64,000 nucleotides of DNA from Candidatus Eiseniibacteriota bacterium. Its GTDB lineage: Bacteria > Eisenbacteria > RBG-16-71-46 > SZUA-252. Both the position numbers and the translations under genes were made by a program. The notes under the pieces are model-generated. The model worked only from the letters and a program-made list of their open reading frames with translations. It had not been told where the DNA came from and did no database searches. This document shows, piece after piece, positions 12,289 to 22,501 of the stretch (position 1 is its first letter; each line of letters opens with the position of its first letter). The DNA lies in the NCBI GenBank assembly GCA_963740415.1, contig CAVUEC010000003.1:116588-180587 (forward strand), given 5' to 3'.

Positions 12289-13050
12289 TTACCACACGGG
12301 ACCCGCGCCCGCAATCGCCCCCTGGGATTCATGTTCCGGCCCTCCGAACGCCCCTCCGTGGGCGGCCGCGAGACCCAGGATCCACGTCGCGCCGGCGCGC
12401 TCCAAGGCGTCGGCCGCGGCGAGGAGGGTGCTGCCGGTGGTCACGACGTCGTCGACAAGCAGGACCGCCCGCCCGCGGACCAAGGTCGGCGTCGCGCACG
12501 CGAACGCGCCCCTCACGTTGGTCCGGCGGAGGGATGGGTCGAGGCCCGCCTGCGCGTCGTGATCGCGGACGCGGCGGAGCGCCGGAACGAGTGGGATCCC
12601 CCATCTCGCCGAAGCGTCCTCGGCGAGGAGCAGCGCCTGATCGAAGCCCCGGCGCGCCCGGCGCGCCGGATGAAGCGGCACGGGTGTCACAAGCGCCTCG
12701 CGCGCCAGGCCGCCGTCCAGGCCCGGAGGCTCCGGCAGAAGCGACGCGAGCCACGGCCCAATCCTGCGTCCACCTTCGAACTTGAACGCGCGCACGATCC
12801 GATCCAAGGGAGCGGCGTAGCTCGGACCGGCGAGCGCCAGACGTCGGGATCCGTGCTTCGTGCACGCGCCTCCTGCCGCGAGTCGATCGGGAGGATCGCC
12901 GTGCAGGCAGTTGAGGCACAGGGCCGTGCCGCTCCGGGCCACCCGGGCGTCGCACTCCACGCACACGTCACAATCCCGCGCGACGCGGTTAGCACAGCCC
13001 GGACACCGCCGGTCGAGCATCGCGTCCACGAGATCCCGAGCCCACCACAC
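12289..13050 (-). CDS. comF: ComF family protein (phosphoribosyltransferase domain, N-terminal Cys4 zinc finger)
   Basis: CPGCANRV...CDVCVEC zinc ribbon plus the PRTase motif VLLVDDVVTTGSTL. The start could be the second Met (13020). Confidence 0.65.
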   Translation of the reverse strand: MWWARDLVDAMLDRRCPGCANRVARDCDVCVECDARVARSGTALCLNCLHGDPPDRLAAGGACTKHGSRRLALAGPSYAAPLDRIVRAFKFEGGRRIGPWLASLLPEPPGLDGGLAREALVTPVPLHPARRARRGFDQALLLAEDASARWGIPLVPALRRVRDHDAQAGLDPSLRRTNVRGAFACATPTLVRGRAVLLVDDVVTTGSTLLAAADALERAGATWILGLAAAHGGAFGGPEHESQGAIAGAGPVW

Positions 13051-13088
13051 GTCTTAGCCTCCCGCGCCGGGCTCCCCTCCGGCTCCTC

Positions 13089-13940
13089 TCAGCCCGCCGA
13101 CTCGAGCAGCGCCCGCCTCATCGCCTCGATGGGCGCGCGCTCCCCGCGCCAGAACTCGTACGAATGCGCTCCTTGATGAAGAAGCAGCCCGAGACCGTCC
13201 TCGAATCGACGCCCTTCCGACGCGGCCCTGGCTCTTGAAGCGGACGCCCGCGCGCCGTAATTGAGCTCGAGGACAACCGCGCCGGGCCCGAGTCGCTTCC
13301 ACCACGCGCCTTCCGCGTCGTCGATCGCGTCGGACGCGAGCGCGCGGATGAGAAGGTCCCGACCCGGCGAAACCCCCGCTCCCGGCGCGTCCGCCAGCGC
13401 GCGCGCGCTCCAGCCGCCGGCCGCCGGGCCGAACGCCTCGACGAGGCTCGCGGCCCGCGCGCGATCCCGGCTCACCACGTCGACCGACCCGGGCTGGAGC
13501 GATTCGAGCACGGGCGCGAGACTCCGCGCGGCGCCGCCCGCTCCCATTACGATTACGCGCGCTCCGGCCACCGCGATCCCGAGCTCCTGGATCCAGTCGC
13601 GGAACCCCAGCCCGTCCGTGGCGTGGCCGCGCCATCCCCCGGCTTCACGTCGCAGCGTGTTGACCGCCCGGACACGACTCGCCTCCTCCGTCGCTCCCGA
13701 CAAGAACTCCCACGCGGCCTCTTTGTGCGGCGCGGTTAGATTGAGCCCCGCGACGCCGGCGGCGTGGAGCCCGCGCAGCGTGTCGTGGAGCCGCTCGGGC
13801 GGCACGTCGAGCGGGATGTAGACCGCGTGTACGTTCGCCGCCTGGAACGCGGCGTTCTGCATCGGGGGAGAGAGCGAGTGCTGAACGGGGTGCCCGAGCA
13901 GCGCGTAGACGAGGCCCTCCTCGTCGGGTCGCGCGGCCAC
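13089..13940 (-). CDS. aroE: Shikimate dehydrogenase
   Basis: LVYALLGHPVQHSLSPPMQNAAF, NLTAPHK and VMGAGGAARS motifs. GTG start at 13940 chosen 9 nt after the lgt stop. The longer ORF N-terminus is Arg/Pro-rich junk. Confidence 0.8.
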   Translation of the reverse strand: MAARPDEEGLVYALLGHPVQHSLSPPMQNAAFQAANVHAVYIPLDVPPERLHDTLRGLHAAGVAGLNLTAPHKEAAWEFLSGATEEASRVRAVNTLRREAGGWRGHATDGLGFRDWIQELGIAVAGARVIVMGAGGAARSLAPVLESLQPGSVDVVSRDRARAASLVEAFGPAAGGWSARALADAPGAGVSPGRDLLIRALASDAIDDAEGAWWKRLGPGAVVLELNYGARASASRARAASEGRRFEDGLGLLLHQGAHSYEFWRGERAPIEAMRRALLESAG

Positions 13941-13948
13941 GGTAGCGC

Positions 13949-14845
13949 CTAAGTGGAGGAGCGGGGCTCGACCGCTCCCGCCTGCGGTCCTCCGCCGGAG
14001 ACCGACGGGGCCGGCTCGGCGACGCGAGCGGACGGAACTCCTGTGCCGCCCTCGGACGGAGCCGCGGCGGGACGGCGCCGGGAGAGCACGCGCAGCATGA
14101 TGAGCGACACGAGGAGGAGGCCCGCGCTCAGGAGCTGATTGATGTTGAAGGAGAGGCCGCCCAGGCGGCCGAGGTACGACGTCGTGTCGTAGTAGCGCGT
14201 GAAATCGATTCCAAAGCGGAAAACCGAATCCAGCGCGACGCCGGTCCAGAAGATGAACCCGTCGAAGCGCGGCTTTCGGTCGAGCGCGAGCAGAATGCCG
14301 CAGAGGGCGATTCCCGACGCCACGAGGTAGAGCTGGGACGGCTGAAGAGCGGAGCCCGGAAAGACGTACGACGAATAGGAGCCGGGCGGGAATTTCACGC
14401 CCCATGGAGCGTGGGTCGGGAGGCCGAAGCAGCATCCGTTCAGGAAGCACCCGATCCGCCCGATCCCGATGCCGAGGGCCATCGCCGGCGCCACCGCGTC
14501 GCCGGCCCGCCAGAGAGGGATCTTCGCGCGCCGGACGTAGACGATCGTGCCCGCGATCGCGAGGATGTATCCCCCGTAGAGCATCAGGCCGCCTTCCCAA
14601 AGTCTGAAGACACCCAGGGGATCGGCCTGGTAGTCGGCCCAGTGCGTGAGGACGAAAAGGCCCCGCGCGCCGACGATCGCCAGGATCAGGATGACGAGCG
14701 AAATCGTGTGAAGCGAGTCCTCCGAGATCCCGCGCTTCTTGCCGCGGACCAGGAACATCTGGATCGCGACCAGGAACGCGATCGCGAGCATGAGCCCGTA
14801 GCTGTGAATCTCGAAGGAGTGAAACCGGAACAGCGAAGGATGCAA
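13949..14845 (-). CDS. lgt: Prolipoprotein diacylglyceryl transferase
   Basis: HSYGLMLAIAFL..., YGGYILA, and GRIGCFLNGCCFG (the Lgt signature). Confidence 0.9.
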   Translation of the reverse strand: MHPSLFRFHSFEIHSYGLMLAIAFLVAIQMFLVRGKKRGISEDSLHTISLVILILAIVGARGLFVLTHWADYQADPLGVFRLWEGGLMLYGGYILAIAGTIVYVRRAKIPLWRAGDAVAPAMALGIGIGRIGCFLNGCCFGLPTHAPWGVKFPPGSYSSYVFPGSALQPSQLYLVASGIALCGILLALDRKPRFDGFIFWTGVALDSVFRFGIDFTRYYDTTSYLGRLGGLSFNINQLLSAGLLLVSLIMLRVLSRRRPAAAPSEGGTGVPSARVAEPAPSVSGGGPQAGAVEPRSST

Positions 14846-14858
14846 CGGATTCCTCCGG

Positions 14859-16088
14859 TCAGTATTCGCGCCAGCGCATCGCGACGTTCTGCATGAGACC
14901 CACCTGCAGGAAGCTCGTGAGGAGCGATGTGCCGCCGTAGCTGAGAAGCGGCAGCGGCAGACCCGTGACGGGCGCCAACCCCACGGTCATGCAGATGTTC
15001 ACGACGACATGGTACAGAAAGATCGAGGTCATGCCAATGGCCAGGAGGCTTCCGAACCGGTTCCGGGAATGCTGGGCGATGTGCACGCCGCGCAGGATGA
15101 GGATCATGTAGAGAATCGTGACGATTCCCGAACCGAGGAACCCGGTCTCCTCCCCCACCACCGAGAAGATGAAGTCGGTGTGCTGCTCGGGCAGGAACTC
15201 GAGACCCTTTTGCGTGCCGTGGAGAAACCCCTTCCCCGCGACACGCCCCGATCCGATCGCGATCTTGGACTGGATGATCTGGTAGCCGGCGCCGTAGGAG
15301 TCGGCGCTCGGATCCACGAAGGTTGTGATCCGCTGCCGCTGGTACGGCTCGAGGTGCGCCCACACCTGCGGCGTGGCGATGCCCACGGCCAGGTTGATCG
15401 CGACGACGAGGATGAGGGGTACCAATCGGAGCCGCGAACGGTAGAGGACCAGCGCGAGGATGGCCGCGAAGATGATCCAGGCCGGGAAATAGAACGAGGC
15501 GGCCACGTTGATGATCGGAGTGAGGATCAGGAACAGGAACAGCGGCGAGAGGCCCGCCCAGTAGAGCATGGCGATCAGGATCATGATGAAGCAGACCGAC
15601 GTCCCCAGGTCGGGCTGCTTGAGCACGAGCAGGAACGGAACGCCGGCGACCACGATCATCTGCAAGATCGTCCGCACATGGGTGAGGTCGACCCGGCGCT
15701 GGGAGAGCATGCTCGCGAGCGCCATCACCGTCACCACCTTGGCCAGCTCCGAGGGCTGAAACTTGAGCGGACCCCATCCCAGCCACCGCTGGGCGCCGAG
15801 ACCGACGTGGCCGATGAAGAGCGTCAGGAGGAGCGCGGCGATCCCCACCGAGTAGAGGAGCCACGCGGTCTTCCCTTCATAGATCCGGTACGGCACCGCC
15901 GCGGCCAGGGCACCACCGCCGAGGGCGATCAAGAGCCAGAGAAGTTGTTTCAGATACAGGCCGTGCTCGGTCGTCGACGCCGGCATGGCGGTGGCGCTGT
16001 AGACGAACGCGATGCCGATGAGCGCGAGGAGAACGGTCGTGAAGAGAAGCGGCCGGTCGATGTCCTCGGAAAGGCGCGGGGTCAGCAT
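14859..16088 (-). CDS. rodA: Rod shape-determining protein RodA (SEDS family)
   Basis: FtsW/RodA/SpoVE features: PSELAKV, TDFIFSVVGEE and GLPLPLLSYGGTSL. Start at the Met of MLTPRLSEDIDRPLLF. The ATG overlaps the mrdA stop. Confidence 0.88.
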   Translation of the reverse strand: MLTPRLSEDIDRPLLFTTVLLALIGIAFVYSATAMPASTTEHGLYLKQLLWLLIALGGGALAAAVPYRIYEGKTAWLLYSVGIAALLLTLFIGHVGLGAQRWLGWGPLKFQPSELAKVVTVMALASMLSQRRVDLTHVRTILQMIVVAGVPFLLVLKQPDLGTSVCFIMILIAMLYWAGLSPLFLFLILTPIINVAASFYFPAWIIFAAILALVLYRSRLRLVPLILVVAINLAVGIATPQVWAHLEPYQRQRITTFVDPSADSYGAGYQIIQSKIAIGSGRVAGKGFLHGTQKGLEFLPEQHTDFIFSVVGEETGFLGSGIVTILYMILILRGVHIAQHSRNRFGSLLAIGMTSIFLYHVVVNICMTVGLAPVTGLPLPLLSYGGTSLLTSFLQVGLMQNVAMRWREY

Positions 16089-16089
16089 G

Positions 16090-17937
16090 TCAGTGCGCCG
16101 CCGCGACGGCCGCGCTTTCGGCGGCGGCCGGGTGGAAGTAGGCCTGAAGCACACGCTGCGCGAGCGGGGCGGCGGCGCTCCCGCCGTGACCCGCATTCTC
16201 GGCGAGCACGGCGACGACGATCTCCGGCTTGGAAGCCGGGGCGAAGCAGATGAAAAGCGCGTGATCCTCGCCGTGCGGGTTCTGCGCGGTCCCGGTTTTT
16301 CCCGCGACCGTGACCGAGTCCACGCGGGCGGAGCCCCCGGTTCCTCCCTGCTCGTTCACCACCGCGACCATGGCGTTCTTGATCGCCGCGAGGTCCCCCG
16401 GATCCAGCTTCAAGTCCTGCGTCAGGGAGTCCGCGGCCGGCATGGAATTCGCCACCGGAACTCCGTCGCGCGAGATTTCCCTGAGGAGATGCGGCCGGCG
16501 GAGGACGCCGTTGGCGGCGAGGGCCGCGGTGATCTGGGCCAGCTTGATCGGAGTGACCGAGACTTCGCCCTGTCCGATGGCGAGGTTCAAGACGAGTCCC
16601 TTGCTCCACCGCCCGACGCCGAATTTCCGGTCGTACCAGGCGGGATCGGGAAAGAGGCCGCGGCGTTCCTGCGGCAGATCGATGCCGGTGCGCTCGGAGA
16701 GCGCGAATCGCTTCATCATGTCCGACATGCGGTCCAGGCCCGTCCGGAGCCCCAGCTGGTAGAAGTACACGTCGCACGAGCGCGCGATCGCCTCGCGCAG
16801 CACCACCCATCCGTGCCCGTTCTTGTCCCAGCACCCGAACTTCCGGCTCCCAAACTGATAGTAGCCAAAGCACGGTTCCCGGAATGTCGTCGTGCTGGAG
16901 ATCGCGTGCACGGCGAGGCCCGCGAGTGCCACGAACGGCTTGAGGGTGGAGCCCGGAGGGTAGGCCGCCTGGATCGCGCGATTGAAGAGCGGGTAGTTCC
17001 CGCCCGTGCTCAGCTCGTCCCACCGCGCCTGGGTGATGCCCGTGGAGAACTCATTCGGATCGTAGTTGGGCTGGCTCGCCAGCGCGAGCACTTCCCCGGT
17101 CCTTGGATCGATCGCGACGATCGCGCCGCGCGCGCCCGGCTTGAACGCCTGCTCGGCCGCGCGCTGGAGGTCGAGATCGATCGAGAGGGCCACGTCCGCG
17201 CCCCGCTTGGGAACGATGGGACGCTTGTCTCCAAGGAGCTCCGCCTTCCGGCCGAGCGCGTTCACCTCGACGAATCGCTTTCCGTCGACGCCGCGCAGAT
17301 AAGACTCGTACTGCCGCTCGATCCCCATCCGGCCGATCAGGTCCCCGCGCGTGTAGGTCGCCGAGAACTTGGGGTCCTCGAGCTCTTTGTCGGAGACTTC
17401 ACCAACGTACCCGAGCAGGTGGGACGCGAAGGGCCCCAGGGGATACCGCCGTAGGGGCTCCGTTTCCACCTCAACGCCCGCCAGCTCCGATCGATGTTCG
17501 GACACGTACGCGACCGACTTGAGGTCGGCGTTTCGTTTCAAACGGATGACCAGGAAGGACTGTCTCTTCTCCTTCCGCACCTTTTCGATCAGCGTGGGCG
17601 CGTCCATTTCCAAGATTCCGGCCAGCCGGACGATCGTGGAATCGAGCCCCGCCGGGTCGCCGACGTAGGCTTTGTCGTAGGGGTCGATCGTGACCGTGAA
17701 CGAGGGCACGTTGTCCGCGAGAAGGCGGCCCTTTCGGTCGCGGATCTCGCCTCGGGGCGCGGTCAAGACCTCGACGCGGATCCGATTCTCCTCCGAGAGC
17801 TCGCGGTACCGGCTCCCCGCCAGTACCTGTAACGAGAAGAGCCGGAGGAGCACCATTCCGAAGATCGCGAAGACCAGGATCCGGAATACCTGCTCTCTCC
17901 GCTTTCCGTGGGCGTGAGATTCCGGGTCGCGGGCCAC
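16090..17937 (-). CDS. mrdA: Penicillin-binding protein 2 (elongasome transpeptidase)
   Basis: PBP dimerisation domain plus transpeptidase motifs STLKP, SCDVYF and KTGTAQ. 615 aa. Confidence 0.88.
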   Translation of the reverse strand: MARDPESHAHGKRREQVFRILVFAIFGMVLLRLFSLQVLAGSRYRELSEENRIRVEVLTAPRGEIRDRKGRLLADNVPSFTVTIDPYDKAYVGDPAGLDSTIVRLAGILEMDAPTLIEKVRKEKRQSFLVIRLKRNADLKSVAYVSEHRSELAGVEVETEPLRRYPLGPFASHLLGYVGEVSDKELEDPKFSATYTRGDLIGRMGIERQYESYLRGVDGKRFVEVNALGRKAELLGDKRPIVPKRGADVALSIDLDLQRAAEQAFKPGARGAIVAIDPRTGEVLALASQPNYDPNEFSTGITQARWDELSTGGNYPLFNRAIQAAYPPGSTLKPFVALAGLAVHAISSTTTFREPCFGYYQFGSRKFGCWDKNGHGWVVLREAIARSCDVYFYQLGLRTGLDRMSDMMKRFALSERTGIDLPQERRGLFPDPAWYDRKFGVGRWSKGLVLNLAIGQGEVSVTPIKLAQITAALAANGVLRRPHLLREISRDGVPVANSMPAADSLTQDLKLDPGDLAAIKNAMVAVVNEQGGTGGSARVDSVTVAGKTGTAQNPHGEDHALFICFAPASKPEIVVAVLAENAGHGGSAAAPLAQRVLQAYFHPAAAESAAVAAAH

Positions 17938-17941
17938 GGAA

Positions 17942-18436
17942 TCAGGCCTCGTCCGTCAGCAGGTGCCTCTTCGACACGCGCTCGACGACGGCGAGAAGCA
18001 GGATCACGATCCCGCTCGTGTAGAGCGCCGAAGGAAGGGCGATGCGGACCATCTGGAGCAGGAACGCGCCCAGGTCCCCCGCGGTCGTCACCGCGAAGTA
18101 GATCGCGTCGTGCACGAGCATCGCGAAGAAGAAGAATGCGAACCGGACGCCGAGATTGGAGCGGTGCACGCGGAACCCAGCCTTGGCCACCAGGAAGCCG
18201 ACGATCGATTTGCACAGCGCGTTCAGGCCCAGGGGCCCGGGCGCATCCAGGTCCTGGACCAGGCCCACGAGGAATCCCGCCGATGTCCCCGCGATCGGCC
18301 CCCGCATCCACCCGAGGTAGACCACGTACGCCACGAGGAGATCCGGCCGGATGCCCGCGATCTCCATCCGGAAGAGGAGCGTCGCCTGGAGAATGAGGAC
18401 CACGACCAGAACGATCACGTCCCGGGCGCCCTTCAT
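17942..18436 (-). CDS. mreD: Rod shape-determining protein MreD
   Basis: Small polytopic membrane protein MKGARDVIVLVVVLILQATLLF... Its ATG overlaps the stop of the MreC C-terminal frame (ATGA). Position after mreC. Confidence 0.7.
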   Translation of the reverse strand: MKGARDVIVLVVVLILQATLLFRMEIAGIRPDLLVAYVVYLGWMRGPIAGTSAGFLVGLVQDLDAPGPLGLNALCKSIVGFLVAKAGFRVHRSNLGVRFAFFFFAMLVHDAIYFAVTTAGDLGAFLLQMVRIALPSALYTSGIVILLLAVVERVSKRHLLTDEA

Positions 18437-19309
18437 GGCGTGCGCACGCCCTCGGAGTCGGCCGCGGCCGAATCGACTTCCGCCGGCTGGAGGAAGAGGG
18501 ACGCCGGCGAGGATCCGCGAAGCTGGGACGGCAGGTAGACCAGGATCTCCTCGAGCGTCCGGAAGTTCACGGCCGGCTTCACGGAGATTTCCTTCATGAG
18601 GCCGTTGGCCTCCAGGCCGACCTTGGAAACGGTGCCGATCCGGATACCGAGCGGAAAGATCCCGCCGAGGCCGGACGTGACGACGAGATCGCCCGACCTG
18701 GACGTCTTCCTGCGACGAAATGTAGAGCAGGTTGAGCGTCGGTTGCGTGCCGTACTCCCACTGCAGCACGCCGTCGACGCGGCTTCGCTCGACGCGCGCC
18801 GCCACCGCGCAGTCATGGTGGAGCAGCGTGAGGATCCGCGCCTGGTGGATCGTGGCGCGCTCGATGCGGCCCACGAGGCCCTCGGGCGTGAGCACGGCGC
18901 GCCCGGGCTCAACCCCCTCGGCCAGCCCCTTGTCGATGGTCATGCTGCCGCCCAGGCGGTCGAGGCTCCGCCCGATGACGTTCGCCGCGGCGAGGCTATA
19001 CGGGTGGCGCTCCTCCAGCTTCAGAAGCTCGCGCAGCCGGACGTTTTCCTGTCGCTCGCCCCGCAGCGCGTCCGTCTCGATTTGAAGTCTCGCGAGCCGC
19101 TCGCGGAGCCGTTGATTGTCCCAGTAGAGACCCACCGAATGGTCCACCCAGCCGACCGCGGTTTCGAACGGGCCCAGGAGCGTGTGCTGGATGAACCAGG
19201 CCACGCGCGCCTGTTCGTGGCGCTCCAGCAGCATCATGGCGAGCGAGAGGGAACAGGCTACGACGAGGACGGTCCAATCGGTACGGCGGGAGAGCAGATT
19301 TCGGAGCAT
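18433..19309 (-). CDS. mreC: Rod shape-determining protein MreC, interrupted by an apparent +1 frameshift near 18691-18693
   Basis: The N-terminal 205 aa sit in one frame and end ...YISSQEDVQVG. The conserved C-terminal part DLVVTSGLGGIFPLGIRIGTVSKV... continues in the adjacent frame (ORF 18433-18912). One extra G in gtcgggcgat would restore VGDLVVTSG. Confidence 0.75.
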
Positions 19310-19328
19310 GAGGGCTCACGCCCAAGGC

Positions 19329-20366
19329 TCAGTCGCGGACGACCGACATGAGCACCTTTTCGTATTGGGTGGGGTCGTCCAGGATCTTGCCCGTGCCGAG
19401 CACGACGCACGAAAGCGGATCCTCGGCCACGGTGATCGGCAGGTTCGTCGCCTCGCGGAGGAGCATGTCGATGCCGCGAAGGAGCGATCCGCCGCCGGTC
19501 ATCACGATGCCGCGGTCGACGATGTCGGACGCAAGCTCGGGCGGCGTCTTCTCCAGGGATTGCATCAGCGCGTCCACGATCTGCTGTAACGGCTCGCTCA
19601 GGGCCTCGCGCACCTCGACTGAAGAGATCTTCATGGTCTTGGGAATCCCGGCGACGAGGTCGCGGCCCTTGATTTCCATCTCCTCCTCCTGCTCCAGGCG
19701 GAACGCGGAGCCGATCTTGATCTTGATCTGCTCCGCCGTCTGCTCGCCGATGAGGAGGTTATAGGCCTTCTTGACGTACTGGACGATGGCCTCGTCCATC
19801 TCGTCGCCGCCCACTCGGATCGACTGCTGGTTGACGATCGAGTTGAGGGCCATGACCGCGATCTCGGTCGTGCCGCCGCCGATGTCGATGATCATGTTCC
19901 CGGAGGGCTTCCCGACGGGAAGGCCGACGCCGATGGCGGCCGCGATCGGCTCCGGCACGAGCAGCACCTCGCGCGCGCCCGCGTGCTGCGCCGAATCCTG
20001 GACCGCGCGCTTCTCCACCTCGGTGATGCCCGAGGGGACGCAGATGATGATCCGCGGACGCACCCACGTGCGGCGGCGGAGCGCCTTCTGGATAAACTCG
20101 CGCAGGAGGTCTTCGGTCTTCTCGAAGTCGGCGATGACGCCGTCCTTGAGCGGGCGCACCGCGACGATCTCGTCGGGCGTGCGGCCGAGCATGCTCTTCG
20201 CTTCTTTCCCGACGGCGATGACCTTGCCTGTCGTCCGATCCACCGCGACGACGGAGGGCTCGTTCAACACGATCCCCTTCCCTCGAAGGTAGACCAGTGT
20301 GTTCGCCGTTCCCAAGTCGATCGCGACGTCATTCGAAAAGACGCCCATCAACTGGTCGAGAAACAT
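19329..20366 (-). CDS. mreB: Rod shape-determining protein MreB (actin homologue)
   Basis: [26 protein letters not shown]..., with DIGGGTTE and [11 protein letters not shown] motifs. Start at an internal Met with a GGGAGG RBS; the longer ORF N-terminus was rejected. Confidence 0.9.
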   Translation of the reverse strand: MFLDQLMGVFSNDVAIDLGTANTLVYLRGKGIVLNEPSVVAVDRTTGKVIAVGKEAKSMLGRTPDEIVAVRPLKDGVIADFEKTEDLLREFIQKALRRRTWVRPRIIICVPSGITEVEKRAVQDSAQHAGAREVLLVPEPIAAAIGVGLPVGKPSGNMIIDIGGGTTEIAVMALNSIVNQQSIRVGGDEMDEAIVQYVKKAYNLLIGEQTAEQIKIKIGSAFRLEQEEEMEIKGRDLVAGIPKTMKISSVEVREALSEPLQQIVDALMQSLEKTPPELASDIVDRGIVMTGGGSLLRGIDMLLREATNLPITVAEDPLSCVVLGTGKILDDPTQYEKVLMSVVRD

Positions 20367-20514
20367 CCGTGCCTCCCGAAAACCGTGGGTGGACATGGTG
20401 GGCCACTCCTGACTCAACCCCAGGCGGGACTGAGCGTTTCCATGGGTGTGGAGCGCTGGGACCGTAGCAAAGCGACCTCCGGAGGCGCAAGGTGTTTCTC
20501 CTCGGGAAGCGGCG

Positions 20515-20545
20515 TTGACAGGCCGAGATACGGGTAGTAGCGTCG
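20515..20545 (+). promoter_or_regulatory. Putative sigma70-type promoter (TTGACA-17-TAGCGT) for the 20587 gene
   Basis: ttgacaggccgagatacgggtagtagcgt lies upstream of a GGGAGG RBS and the ATG at 20587, in the divergent mreB/20587 intergenic region. Confidence 0.3.
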
Positions 20546-20586
20546 CTCTTGAAAGTTCCTGGACCCGAACATGGGAGGTATCGGCC

Positions 20587-21129
20587 ATGGTTCGTCCGAA
20601 CTTGAGGTTGCTTGGCCTCGTTGCCCTCTTCCTCCTCGTTCCTCACTCTTCCTCGGCAGCTCCGCCCAATTCTTCAGCTGGAAACGAGTCCAGCACCAGT
20701 TCCTCGGGGATTGGCTCGGACGCCAGGGTGGACGAGTATCAATCCTTGGGGATCAGCCGCCGTCTGACGGCTTTCTCGGGCACCGTGCTGGACGTGAACG
20801 ACCACCCGGTGGCCGGCGTGGAGGTGAAGCTCTTCGTGGACGGAACGACGGTCGGATCGGCGGTGACGGAGGGAACCGGCTTCTACGACCTGCGGGCGCC
20901 CTACGACCCCACCGCGGACGCGACGGTGCTCCTGTGGTTCGTGTCCCCCGACCATGCGCTCATGCCGAAGATGCTGGTGCTCCAAGAGAGCCGGGCCTGC
21001 AAGGAGCAGTCGATCATTTCCACCTGCGTCCCGCGGGCCACGGTGACGCCGGGGCATCAGTTCCGCGTGTATCTCTTCGACCCTCAGACCCGGAACAAGG
21101 AGCTGTCCGAGCTGGACTGCCTGCCGTAG
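20587..21129 (+). CDS. Small secreted protein with carboxypeptidase-regulatory-like (CarboxypepD_reg) beta-sandwich domain
   Basis: Signal peptide [62 protein letters not shown] is typical of CarboxypepD_reg. Confidence 0.55.
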   Translation: MVRPNLRLLGLVALFLLVPHSSSAAPPNSSAGNESSTSSSGIGSDARVDEYQSLGISRRLTAFSGTVLDVNDHPVAGVEVKLFVDGTTVGSAVTEGTGFYDLRAPYDPTADATVLLWFVSPDHALMPKMLVLQESRACKEQSIISTCVPRATVTPGHQFRVYLFDPQTRNKELSELDCLP

Positions 21130-21145
21130 GGGGCTCCCCCTTCCG

Positions 21146-22399
21146 CTAGGCCAGGGTTTCCTCGCGAGCGGCTGAGGATTCGGCCGGGACGAGGGGCGGC
21201 TCACTCTCTCCGGCACGCTGCTGCACCAGGCGTTCGATCTCCGGGGTCAGCGGCCGTTGCAACAGCTCGTGGTACAGGGACCGCGCCCGCGCCGGATTGT
21301 GGAGCGCGCTGGTCTCGATCTCGGCGCTCTTCAACAACGCCACGGCCGCGCCCGCGCGCTCCGGATACCGCCGGCCGTACTCCTCGTAGGCCCGGCTCGC
21401 GTCGCCCGGACGTCCCAGGACCTCGCACGCCCGGGCCACCCGCAGAAGGTCCTTTGGCGGCAGCGTGACCGCGCCAAAAAGCCTCTTCATTTCGTCGTAC
21501 GCTCCGCAGGCCCTGCGCAGATCGGGCTCCCGAAGCCATAGATGAATGGCGAGCTGGAAGTGCTCGATCGCGGAGGGCTCATGGTGGAGCACCCGCTCGA
21601 TCCGCGCCGCCTGGACGAGCACCTCCGGATGGTCGGGAACAGCCGCGAGGTACGCGTCGTACTCCCGCAGGGCCGCGAACCAATCTCCCCCGGCGGCGAG
21701 CCGCCTTCCGGAGGCCAAGAGGCTTTCCACCCGACCCTCAGGCGCCAGCCCCATGCCCCATGCCAGGAGCATCCCCATCGTGAGGGCGGCCAGATGGCCC
21801 AGCAGGGCCGCTTCCGGAACGGGGTCGTGAAGGCTGATCCAACCCTGAAGTCCGAACCACACGAATACAGCCGCCACGCCCGGAAACGTCCGGCGCCCGG
21901 GACGGAACACCCCCTGCGTGAAGAGGAGGCGGAGCGAGGCGAGTTGGATGTGCGCGAAGGAGAGGCGCACCAGAAACACTCCCATCAGCCCGGAGATGGC
22001 CCCGGCCGCGCCGACGATGGGAAGCATGCCCATGTCCGGTGTGAAATACGCGATCCATGCCGCGTGCGCGAGATTCGAGAGCCAGCCCAGGGTCACGAAC
22101 CCGATCAGGAAGCGCGCTGGGCCCACCCTGGACTCGAGGGGCGGCCCGAAGCAGGCCAGGAAGAGGACGTTGGTCAGGAATTCGAACGAGCCCGCGTGCA
22201 GGAACAGGGACGCGATGGCGGTCTGGATGGTCGGCTGGCCCGCCTTGAACGCGAAGCGGTACGCCGCAACCTCGGCCCCAGGGAGGGCGTGGAGCGCCGC
22301 GAACACGAGGACGTTGGCGACCAAAATCAGCCACGTGATCCAGGGCACCCCCCGGACCTTGGCGTCGGTCCCCATCGGCAGCCAGTAGAAGTAGTACAT
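21146..22399 (-). CDS. Rhomboid family intramembrane serine protease with C-terminal TPR-like domain
   Basis: Rhomboid motifs HxxxN (LHAGSFEFLTN), GAAGAISGLMG (GxSG) and a histidine in a late TM segment (GHLAALTMG). C-terminal ~170 aa is helical and TPR-like. Confidence 0.8.
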   Translation of the reverse strand: MYYFYWLPMGTDAKVRGVPWITWLILVANVLVFAALHALPGAEVAAYRFAFKAGQPTIQTAIASLFLHAGSFEFLTNVLFLACFGPPLESRVGPARFLIGFVTLGWLSNLAHAAWIAYFTPDMGMLPIVGAAGAISGLMGVFLVRLSFAHIQLASLRLLFTQGVFRPGRRTFPGVAAVFVWFGLQGWISLHDPVPEAALLGHLAALTMGMLLAWGMGLAPEGRVESLLASGRRLAAGGDWFAALREYDAYLAAVPDHPEVLVQAARIERVLHHEPSAIEHFQLAIHLWLREPDLRRACGAYDEMKRLFGAVTLPPKDLLRVARACEVLGRPGDASRAYEEYGRRYPERAGAAVALLKSAEIETSALHNPARARSLYHELLQRPLTPEIERLVQQRAGESEPPLVPAESSAAREETLA

Positions 22400-22501
22400 G
22401 CTTGCGTGGTCCCCCCGCCTTCTCTACACTACTCCGGCCCTAAAAGCGAAGCATTTTCGTCACTTACAGAGGGATAGCAGTCCCCCTGGGAAGGAATTTC
22501 C

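Noticed and set aside
13941-14600. N-terminal 220 codons of the aroE ORF
   Set aside because: Arg/Pro-rich extension overlapping lgt in another frame. AroE homology starts at VYALLGHPV.
20367-20588. N-terminal 74 codons of the mreB ORF and first 47 codons of ORF 20446-21129
   Set aside because: MreB homology starts at [10 protein letters not shown] with a good RBS. The plus-strand gene starts at the signal-peptide Met (20587). The remainder is divergent intergenic promoter DNA.
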